Positions 25,410-32,000 of a DNA stretch of 32,000 nt are shown here, in pieces (positions within the stretch are counted from its first letter, which is position 1; each line of letters starts with the position of its first letter). The notes beneath the pieces are model-generated. The model was not told the DNA's origin. It ran no database searches and saw only the letters and a list, made by a program, of their open reading frames with translations. Location of the stretch: positions 1,620,001 to 1,652,000 of the forward strand of contig FP565575.1 in NCBI GenBank assembly GCA_000091165.1, in the 5' to 3' direction. The translations under genes and the position numbers were made by a program. The DNA comes from Candidatus Methylomirabilis oxygeniifera (lineage in GTDB: Bacteria > Methylomirabilota > Methylomirabilia > Methylomirabilales > Methylomirabilaceae).

Positions 25410-25712
25410 GTGTTGACAGTGAACCGGCCTCGCGTACAACACATCAAAGCGCTGGCCCTCGTCCTGGCCCTTTTGCTGTTCGTGTTCGGGGCCGCGCAGC
25501 ACTCGGCCCACCATCTCAGTCATCTCAACCAGCCGATCCAGTGCGTGGTTTGCTCGGCCTCAGCACATCTGGCCGGGGTCGCGGTCGAGTCTGTGGCCAT
25601 CGAGAAACCGGCTCTGCTCTTGGAGTTCGTTCCCGGAACCCGCTTTACCGATCCTTCTATCGCTTGTCTCAGTCCTGCCCACGGACGCGCTCCTCCTTCT
25701 TTTACTGCCTGA
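25410..25712 (+). CDS. Small membrane protein with HxxHHxxH + CxxC motifs and C-terminal GRAPP tail (DUF2946-like)
   Basis: A GTG/TTG start lies 5 nt after the copD stop. It has an N-terminal TM segment (ALALVLALLLFVFGA), then AQHSAHHLSHLNQPIQCVVCSASAHL, and ends HGRAPPSFTA. Confidence 0.6.
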   Translation: MLTVNRPRVQHIKALALVLALLLFVFGAAQHSAHHLSHLNQPIQCVVCSASAHLAGVAVESVAIEKPALLLEFVPGTRFTDPSIACLSPAHGRAPPSFTA

Positions 25713-25736
25713 ACTTCACGTCATTCCTTAGACAAT

Positions 25737-25850
25737 AGCGTTCAGCAGTCAGCCTCAGGCCCTCACCCCCGTCCCCTCTCCCAGTGGGAGAGGGAGGCCG
25801 AAGGCTGGGTGAGGGGAGTATGGGCTATGCTGAACGCTGAAAGCTGATCA
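25737..25850. repeat. Long nested palindrome (REP/MITE-like)
   Basis: An 11-bp perfect inverted repeat, agcgttcagca (25737-25747) / tgctgaacgct (25829-25839), encloses ctcaccc...gggtgag and cccctctccc-agtg-ggagagggag. The right end, gctgaacgctgaaagctgatc, recurs at 26770. Confidence 0.65.
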
Positions 25851-25895
25851 CTTAGGCAGAATTGCATTGACGAGTCATTGGGAGGAGTCACAGCC

Positions 25896-26102
25896 ATGAA
25901 CAAGCATTTATTGCGCGTCGATGAAGCGGCGATACTGCTGAGCGTCAGCCGTTGGACCATTTACCGTTGGGTGCAGGAGGGTCGATTGGAGGCGACCAAG
26001 GTCGGGAAAGGGAGTCTCCGCATTTTTCAAGCCTCTGTAGCTTCGCTGATCGAGCAGAACCGAACCTTGAGCAGGGATCCGGTTAATTGCCATAACGGTT
26101 AG
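25896..26102 (+). CDS. Excisionase-family (MerR-superfamily) helix-turn-helix DNA-binding protein
   Basis: A GGAGGAG RBS precedes ATG 25896. The sequence LLRVDEAAILLSVSRWTIYRWVQEGRLEATKVGKGSLRI is the classic excisionase-type HTH. No integrase is present in the window. Confidence 0.8.
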   Translation: MNKHLLRVDEAAILLSVSRWTIYRWVQEGRLEATKVGKGSLRIFQASVASLIEQNRTLSRDPVNCHNG

Positions 26103-26247
26103 CCGTCCGGAGTAGCTCCTGGCGGTTGGAGCGCCAGTCTCCGATAGCGACGTAAGTGTGGAGCATTTTGTAGCAGCAGTGAGCAGGCGTCTGTAGACAC
26201 GCTCGTCCGGAGAAAGTAAAAAGAGCCATGCACTATTTTCCTCTTCT

Positions 26248-26613
26248 GTGTCGTCGGCTGAAGGAGACGGAGCTGGACCCGTGGCGCTCGTGAGTCGACC
26301 ATCCCATGAAGCTCGGCCTCTGAGGCCTCTTGCGGTATCAGCGCTCTGTCTTTATCTGCTGCTCAATGTATTCCTCATCCTGTGCCTGGTCCATCCCCAT
26401 AATACCCACCTCCAAGGCCAGACAGATAGTCATCCCGGCTCTGTCTGTGAGTGGGTTCACAAAACCGTCTCTCCCCATGTGCCATCGTCAGGAGTCTCCC
26501 TGCCGTTGGCGGCGACTGTGCTGCTCGCCTGCCTCCCGGTGCTGCGGCGTACTTCTGAGCCCTGCCTCATCCGGCTGACCGGCCGTTCCCCACCCCTGCT
26601 CGCCTTCGCGTAG
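26248..26613 (+). CDS. Small two-helix membrane protein with His/Cys motif and C-terminal GRSPP tail (paralog B)
   Basis: It is a paralog of 22231..22566. The more likely start is GTG 26281 (GGAG 8 nt upstream) or GTG 26290. It immediately precedes the exbB-exbD-tonB-receptor module. Confidence 0.72.
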   Translation: MSSAEGDGAGPVALVSRPSHEARPLRPLAVSALCLYLLLNVFLILCLVHPHNTHLQGQTDSHPGSVCEWVHKTVSPHVPSSGVSLPLAATVLLACLPVLRRTSEPCLIRLTGRSPPLLAFA

Positions 26614-26741
26614 CTCTTTCCACTCGATTATTCGACCTGTACCACCAACGTTATCTCGCTTGAACTCGTGCGCCTGGGCCTTACTCAAGGCCGGCGATGA
26701 ACAAACGATCCGAGAAACCGGAAGCGTTCTACAGCGATGTC

Positions 26742-26792
26742 GGGTTACGCTGCGCTAACCCGACCTACGGCTGAACGCTGATGGCTGATCGC
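26742..26792. repeat. REP-like element sharing a 21-nt block with the 25737 element
   Basis: It has the hairpin gggttacgctgcgctaaccc. The block gctgaacgctgatggctgatc matches gctgaacgctgaaagctgatc (25830-25850) at 19 of 21 positions. Confidence 0.5.
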
Positions 26793-26844
26793 GTTGCGGA
26801 ACCGAAGGGATCCTTGACCATATACGCACGTGAGGGAGATAGAA

Positions 26845-27447
26845 ATGTCTGAACTTATTGCGCTTCTCATTAAAGGGGGACCGGTCATGATCCCCCTCCT
26901 CTGCTGTTCGATCACCTCGCTGGCCGTAGTCATCGAACGAGGACTGTTCTGGTGGCGCCTGCGTCCCTCCGGGGAGATGGAACATCTGCTCATGCTGGCG
27001 TCGGCCGGCAACTGGGAGGATGCGCACAAATTCGGCGAGCTGTCCCGCTCTCCGGTAGCGCGCGTCCTCGCGGCCGGGATCCGTCATCGGAACCCGGCCC
27101 CCACGCTGGCGATGGAGGCCGCCGCCCATGAAGAGCTGACCCACATGCGGCGCTACCTACCATTACTCGATACGGTCATCACCTTGTCGCCTCTGTTGGG
27201 TCTCCTGGGCACCGTCACCGGAATGATCGGCAGCTTCGGGGTCATGGCCTCCGGCGGCATCAACCAACCCCACGCCATCACCGGCGGGGTGGCCGAAGCG
27301 CTCATCGCGACCGCGACGGGCCTTGGGATCGCTATTGCTACCTTGGTCCCATACAACTACTTCACAACGCGGGTCGAGCGGATCATGGGCGACATCGAGC
27401 GCTACGGCTCTCGCCTGGAGCTGGCCCTGAAGGAACCCCATCGATGA
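26845..27447 (+). CDS. exbB: MotA/TolQ/ExbB proton-channel protein
   Basis: A GAGGGAG RBS precedes the start. It has three TM segments and the conserved C-terminal half LLGLLGTVTGMIGSF...GGVAEALIATATGLGIAI. Confidence 0.9.
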   Translation: MSELIALLIKGGPVMIPLLCCSITSLAVVIERGLFWWRLRPSGEMEHLLMLASAGNWEDAHKFGELSRSPVARVLAAGIRHRNPAPTLAMEAAAHEELTHMRRYLPLLDTVITLSPLLGLLGTVTGMIGSFGVMASGGINQPHAITGGVAEALIATATGLGIAIATLVPYNYFTTRVERIMGDIERYGSRLELALKEPHR

Positions 27448-27863
27448 AACTGCTGCAGCGCCCGCCAAAGAAGGCCCGCATCGAGATCATCCCGCTGATC
27501 GACACGATCTTCTTCCTGCTGGTCTTCTTCATGATGGCGTCCCTCTCGATGGCGGTCTATCGGGGGGTGCCGGTCAACCTCCCGAAGGCGGCCAGCGGCC
27601 AACGCGAGGTCAAAGAGAACGCAGCCCTGACGGTGACCAAAGACGGCGAGCTATTCCTCGACAAGCAGCCGATCGCTTGGGACGCGCTTCCGAACCGTCT
27701 CACAGCCCTGATGACCGCGAATCCGGAGCTGACCGTCATCATCAACGCCGATGAAGACGTCCCGCACGGTCGCGTCGTGGAGGCGATGGATGTCGCGCGC
27801 GGGGCCGGTGTCGGTCGAATGGCGATTGCGGTCAAACCGACAGAGGCGCGCAGGCGCCCATGA
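27444..27863 (+). CDS. exbD: ExbD/TolR biopolymer transport protein
   Basis: An ATGA overlap links it to exbB. It has IEIIPLIDTIFFLLVFFM and a periplasmic domain (INADEDVPHGRVVEAMDVARGAG). Confidence 0.9.
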   Translation: MKLLQRPPKKARIEIIPLIDTIFFLLVFFMMASLSMAVYRGVPVNLPKAASGQREVKENAALTVTKDGELFLDKQPIAWDALPNRLTALMTANPELTVIINADEDVPHGRVVEAMDVARGAGVGRMAIAVKPTEARRRP

Positions 27864-28732
27864 CCTCACGCGCTTTTACGCTACCGTTGTTCGCATCGCT
27901 CCTGCTGCACGTAGCCGGGCTCGTCACTGCTCGCCTGACGGCGCTCAGCAGTGACACGCCTGTCCCGACATTGATCCCTATCGAGGTGGTAACGGTGCAG
28001 TCCACGCCGCCTGCTCCCCTCCTCCGACCAAAATCGAAGCCGCCTGCAGTGCGGGAGATCACACCGTCACGACCCATCGAGCAACCTCCTTCTCCCCCCG
28101 CTATCCAATCATCTGCAGAACTTCCGCCGCTACCCCAAGAGCTGCCGCCGAGCCTGCCGCCCCCTTCCCCAACACAAGTAGAGGAGCCACAACCTGCTCC
28201 CGTCATCCCTCTGCCCGCCACGGAGCCGACAGATCCTCCAGGCAACGTGATGGGACCGGTTGCGGTGACCGGCAGCCAAGCAGTCCCCTCCTCTGCGCCG
28301 GCAGAAGGAGGAGAGGCGGGGGCCGGACAGCTCTTTGCGAAGGGCGATACGGCCGTCCTCCCTGGGGCAGGGGCGGGAGGAGGCAGTGGAGGACCCGGTA
28401 AGAGCGGGCTTGGCCTCGGAATGACCGATACCGGCGCCAAGGTGACCGGCCTTCAGCTTGGCGTTGCCAGACTTCGAGGCGGCTACCAGATCAAGCCCCG
28501 ATATCCGGAATCGGCGCGGCGACAAGGCATCCAGGGTACGAGCCTGCTCAGGCTGCACGTGCTCGCCGATGGCGCTGTTGGGGAGGTCCTGGTGGAACGG
28601 TCTGCCGGTCACCCGGATCTCGATAGAGCTGCCGTCAGGGCGGTGAAAAAGTGGCGGTTCGAACCGGCCCGGCGCGGCGGCCAATCTGTCGCCGTACGGG
28701 TAATGCTCCCTGTCCGGTTTGAGTTGAGATGA
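27860..28732 (+). CDS. tonB: TonB energy transducer
   Basis: An ATGA overlap links it to exbD. It has an N-terminal anchor (SLLLHVAGL), a long Pro-rich spacer and a TonB C-terminal domain (YPESARRQGIQGTSLLRLHVLADG...AVKKWRFEPA). Confidence 0.88.
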   Translation: MTSRAFTLPLFASLLLHVAGLVTARLTALSSDTPVPTLIPIEVVTVQSTPPAPLLRPKSKPPAVREITPSRPIEQPPSPPAIQSSAELPPLPQELPPSLPPPSPTQVEEPQPAPVIPLPATEPTDPPGNVMGPVAVTGSQAVPSSAPAEGGEAGAGQLFAKGDTAVLPGAGAGGGSGGPGKSGLGLGMTDTGAKVTGLQLGVARLRGGYQIKPRYPESARRQGIQGTSLLRLHVLADGAVGEVLVERSAGHPDLDRAAVRAVKKWRFEPARRGGQSVAVRVMLPVRFELR

Positions 28733-28769
28733 CGAGCGATTATGGACGTTCATACAAAAGGAGATAACG

Positions 28770-31112
28770 ATGCAACGATGCGGATGTAAGCGCACCTGCA
28801 GGCGCGCAGCAGCCTTTATGGGACTGGCATCGCTCCTCGCATGGGGCGCCTTCGCAAGTGAAAGGGTCGTCTGGGCCCAGCTCCAGGCCGCCCCGGATCC
28901 TCAGCAGTTAGCTCAGAAGGTGCAGCGACGTCAGGAACTGCTGCGTGAGTTGGAGCAGATCGAGAAGGATCTGGGGATGCCACCCGCCCCTGCTCCACCG
29001 GCGGAGCAAGTGTCGAGTCCGACGCCCGACCAGCCGGTCACCCTGGAGCCGGTTAAGGTGCTCGCCACCAAAATGGAGGAGAAACCGATTGGCCGAACCG
29101 TCAGCACCGTTGAACGGGAGGACATCGAGCACGCGCGAGGCTTCAGCGTCAAGGAGCTCCTCGAGGCTACCCCAGGGGTCTTCCTCAAGGAAGGGAACGG
29201 ACCTCGTGACGTGGGCATCTCTATTCGAGGGTCCGGAGCCAAGCAATCCTTTGCTGTCCGAAACATCAAGGTCTTCGATGACTGGTTTCCAACGACCCAA
29301 CCGGACGGCCTCGCACGGATGGACCTGAACGATCCCCATGCCTATGAAGGGGTCGATGTCCTGCGAGGTCCCTCATCGGCATTTTATGACAACTACGCTC
29401 TCGGAGGCGTGGTGAATTTCCGCACCCGGAAAGGGCGCGACATCCACGGGTTTGAAGTGGGAAATGAGGGCGGCAGTTACGGCTATTCGAATCATTACGT
29501 CCAGATCGGCGATCAACTCGATAAGTTTGAATACTCCCTCTTTGGAAGCCACGTCCGGGGTGATGGGTTTCTAGCCCACAGCAAGTTCAACACCACCACC
29601 GAAAACCTGGTGGCCACCTTTACGCCGGATGACAAGCGATCGATCACGCTGAAGTTTATCAATAACGACCTCGACACCAAGGTGCCAAGCCGCCTGACGC
29701 TGGCGGAATTTCGAGCCGATCCACGGGGCGCAGGGCGCACCTTTGTCACCGGCAAGGGTTTCGTTACCCCCCAGCAGGCAGACCAGGGAAGAAACGATAA
29801 TCGCACGATTGTCGGCGCCCGATACGAACACCAACTGGACCCACAGACCGGGTTCCGCCTTCTGGGGAGCTACGATTATAAGGACATTAACCAGACCTTC
29901 GGAACGATCGGCGACAACGAGAACCCCAGCTTTAATTTCTATGCCGACGTCACCCGGGAAGGGAACCTGTTGGGCCTGACGGCGAAACATTATGTCGGCC
30001 TCTTCTTCAATCGCATCGAGCAGGAATCGAGTAGTTTCTTCAACCTGGCCGACGGTCAGGGCAGCCGCGGCGACTTGCAGGCCAATACCCGGGGGCACAT
30101 TCGTAATATCGGGGGTCGCGTGCGGGAGGAGGTCCAGTTCTCGCCGCAATGGACCGGATACCTCGGGGTAGGCGTGGAGGGCTCGGAGATTCGGGCCGAA
30201 GTCCGATCCCGCAACAGCACGACCGCCCCGCTCAGCAGGATCGAGGTAAGACGTGAATTCATGAGTGTCGCGCCGGAGGCAGGGGTCATCTACCGCGTGA
30301 ATCCGGACCTCCAGCTCCGCGGACGGGTGGCAACCGCTTACGGCATCCCGGGAATCGGCAATCTGACGACAGCCACGACGGGGCTCGCCGGGAACAATAC
30401 CGGCTTGAAGCCGCAGCGGAATGTCGGGGTGGAGCTGGGGTTCGATCTCCGACCCCTGCCGACGGTCACGGCGAGCCTGACCGGCTACTACGAATTCTAT
30501 TTCAACGAATTCATTACACAGTCGCCCGGTGCCGGCCTCTCCTCCTTTACCAGCAACGCCCCCAACGCCGAGCATCGCGGGATCGAGGCGGAGCTGGCTT
30601 GGCGGCCCTTCGCGGGGGCAAAGGTGTCAACCTCATATACCTTCAACGACCACATCTACACAGAGTTCACCGAGAATATCTGCTCCAGTACCACGTGCAA
30701 GAGTTTCGATCGGAGCGGCAATAAGATCCCGGGCGTTGAGCGCCATATCCTGAACGCGAGGATCGCGTATGACACCAGCCATCACAGTGAATGGTGGCGT
30801 GGGGTGGGCGGCTGGTTGGAGGTTAACTGGCTGGACGATTTCTACGTGAACAACAGCAACACGCTAAAGACGTTGCCCTACCAACTGGTGAACCTGAATC
30901 TCCATTACGACCGGGAGGTCACGATCCCATTCGCCCGATCGCTGTCGGCCTTCTTTGAGATTCAGAATCTGTTCGACGCGACGTACATCGCCAGCGCCAA
31001 CGTCGTCGCGGATTCGCTCAGCGATACGCCGGCCAATCTGGCGACATCGAAGCAGGCGTTTTTTGCCGGTCAGCCCAGATCCTACTTTGCCGGCCTTAAG
31101 CTCAGGTTTTAG
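28770..31112 (+). CDS. TonB-dependent outer-membrane receptor (substrate unknown)
   Basis: An AAGGAG RBS precedes the start. It has plug motifs (ISIRGSG..., VDVLRGPSSAFYDNYALGGVVNF), a 22-strand barrel pattern and a terminal ...AGLKLRF. An unusual Gln/Pro-rich N-terminal extension precedes the plug. Confidence 0.92.
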   Translation: MQRCGCKRTCRRAAAFMGLASLLAWGAFASERVVWAQLQAAPDPQQLAQKVQRRQELLRELEQIEKDLGMPPAPAPPAEQVSSPTPDQPVTLEPVKVLATKMEEKPIGRTVSTVEREDIEHARGFSVKELLEATPGVFLKEGNGPRDVGISIRGSGAKQSFAVRNIKVFDDWFPTTQPDGLARMDLNDPHAYEGVDVLRGPSSAFYDNYALGGVVNFRTRKGRDIHGFEVGNEGGSYGYSNHYVQIGDQLDKFEYSLFGSHVRGDGFLAHSKFNTTTENLVATFTPDDKRSITLKFINNDLDTKVPSRLTLAEFRADPRGAGRTFVTGKGFVTPQQADQGRNDNRTIVGARYEHQLDPQTGFRLLGSYDYKDINQTFGTIGDNENPSFNFYADVTREGNLLGLTAKHYVGLFFNRIEQESSSFFNLADGQGSRGDLQANTRGHIRNIGGRVREEVQFSPQWTGYLGVGVEGSEIRAEVRSRNSTTAPLSRIEVRREFMSVAPEAGVIYRVNPDLQLRGRVATAYGIPGIGNLTTATTGLAGNNTGLKPQRNVGVELGFDLRPLPTVTASLTGYYEFYFNEFITQSPGAGLSSFTSNAPNAEHRGIEAELAWRPFAGAKVSTSYTFNDHIYTEFTENICSSTTCKSFDRSGNKIPGVERHILNARIAYDTSHHSEWWRGVGGWLEVNWLDDFYVNNSNTLKTLPYQLVNLNLHYDREVTIPFARSLSAFFEIQNLFDATYIASANVVADSLSDTPANLATSKQAFFAGQPRSYFAGLKLRF

Positions 31113-31122
31113 GGGAATAGAG

Positions 31123-32000
31123 ATGGTCAGAAAGTCGGGTGTTCCCTCCAATGGACGCGGCAAAGGGGTCAGTGTGCTGAAACGGGAATCAGTCGGATTT
31201 CCGAGTCGCGCGAACGTGACGTCAGGTCCCTCCGGCGTCACCACGGCACCGCTTCGGAAAAAGACTCGCCGGCACCGGAGGGTGACCCTCGTCAAGCTCC
31301 ATAAATGGGTGGGCTTGATTGCAGCCGTCTGGCTGTGCGTGCTTGGGGCAACCGGCTTTCTCCTTGATCACAAGGAGTGGCGATGGATGATGTTTTCGAC
31401 CGTTCCGGAACGACTTGTGCCTGAATCGGTCAAAAGCCTCAGTCGGAATACGATTCAGATCTTCCAGGTCAATCCGGATCGGCCGATGCATCAGGTCGCG
31501 GCGGGAGTGCGAGGGTTGTGGGTCACGGAGGACGGGGCCAAGAGCTGGCAGCAAACACGGGTGATTGGGGATGAGGGCGGGCGTCTTCAAGTCTTTGCGG
31601 TTGAACCGGACCCGGAGTACGGTTGGAATCGGCTCTGGATCGGGACCGACGATGGTGTGTGGATGTCTGCTGATGGCGGCAAGACGCTGGTGAAAGCCGG
31701 GATGGAGGGACAGCGAATTACGGCGCTCACGGCTGGGGCGAGCCATGGGGAGCTGTACGGGGTAGCTGACCGAAGCCGAGTTTTCCAACTGCTCACCGGG
31801 AGACCGAATGATCCGCTCTGGCTTCAATTGGAGACGCCGCCGAACGACGCGCTGCCGTCTGAAATCTCCCTGCGACGACTGATCATCGACCTGCATGTTG
31901 GGAAGGGACTCTTCGCCGAAACCACCTCTCTCCTGCTTAACGATCTGGCCGGCCTCGGTTTGTGCGCCTTGGCACTGAGCGGTGTCTTCTATTGGGGGCT
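31123..32000 (+). CDS. PepSY-associated TM-helix family protein (partial, runs off the window end)
   Basis: This ORF is absent from the supplied track because it has no stop in the window. Translation from ATG 31123 gives ...LVKLHKWVGLIAAVWLCVLGATGFLLDHKEW... and ...DLHVGKGLFAETTSLLLNDLAGLGLCALALSGVFYWG, both PepSY_TM-type helices. The intervening domain carries Asp-box-like TEDGAKSW and SADGGKTL. The exact start is uncertain. Confidence 0.72.
   Translation, partial: MVRKSGVPSNGRGKGVSVLKRESVGFPSRANVTSGPSGVTTAPLRKKTRRHRRVTLVKLHKWVGLIAAVWLCVLGATGFLLDHKEWRWMMFSTVPERLVPESVKSLSRNTIQIFQVNPDRPMHQVAAGVRGLWVTEDGAKSWQQTRVIGDEGGRLQVFAVEPDPEYGWNRLWIGTDDGVWMSADGGKTLVKAGMEGQRITALTAGASHGELYGVADRSRVFQLLTGRPNDPLWLQLETPPNDALPSEISLRRLIIDLHVGKGLFAETTSLLLNDLAGLGLCALALSGVFYWG

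Noticed and set aside
28763-28779. Fur-box-like GATAACGATgcaacgat at the receptor start
   Set aside because: Only the first 9 nt resemble the Fur consensus. The rest does not, and the site overlaps the RBS and start codon.

Overview
This is a GC-rich bacterial chromosomal window with no rRNA, tRNA or CRISPR array. I cannot assign the organism from sequence alone.

Gene order:
- **1-4.1 kb:** a glycine-zipper lipoprotein, then a phosphonate-type ABC importer (phnD-phnC-phnE-phnE). The second permease is broken by one extra G in a G7 run.
- **4.1-7.8 kb, minus strand:** a MOSC-domain protein, an A/T-richer orphan secreted protein, and a quinol-dependent nitric-oxide reductase (qNor) with canonical active-site ligands.
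- **8-12.2 kb:** an accessory islet. It holds an orphan multi-pass membrane protein, a vapBC-type RHH/PIN toxin-antitoxin pair, an intact Fic protein, and the wreck of a type I restriction-modification system (an hsdM N-terminal stub and a Fic_N::HsdR_C chimera).
- **12.2-15.6 kb:** housekeeping genes: Mut7-C/DUF82, fmt, rsmB and a PASTA-domain protein.
- **15.7-32 kb:** a dense metal-handling region. It starts with a small His-rich ORF and a CzcCBA-type divalent-cation RND efflux pump. Next come a beta-barrel outer-membrane-like protein, a methionine-free CopC and CopD. A lone excisionase-type HTH gene follows. The region ends with exbB-exbD-tonB, a TonB-dependent receptor, and a PepSY-TM protein that is missing from the supplied ORF track because it runs off the window.

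The most interesting signal is a set of small membrane proteins with His/Cys motifs and a shared C-terminal G-R-[S/A]-P-P tail. They sit at 22231, 25410 and 26248, with a weaker candidate at 15850, and each lies at the head or tail of a metal-transport module. Two of them are clear paralogs whose differences are mostly synonymous. Together with the beta-barrel/CopC/CopD and TonB modules, they look like an uncharacterised envelope-spanning copper or other metal acquisition locus.

Nested-palindrome (REP/MITE-like) elements fill the intergenic gaps of this region.
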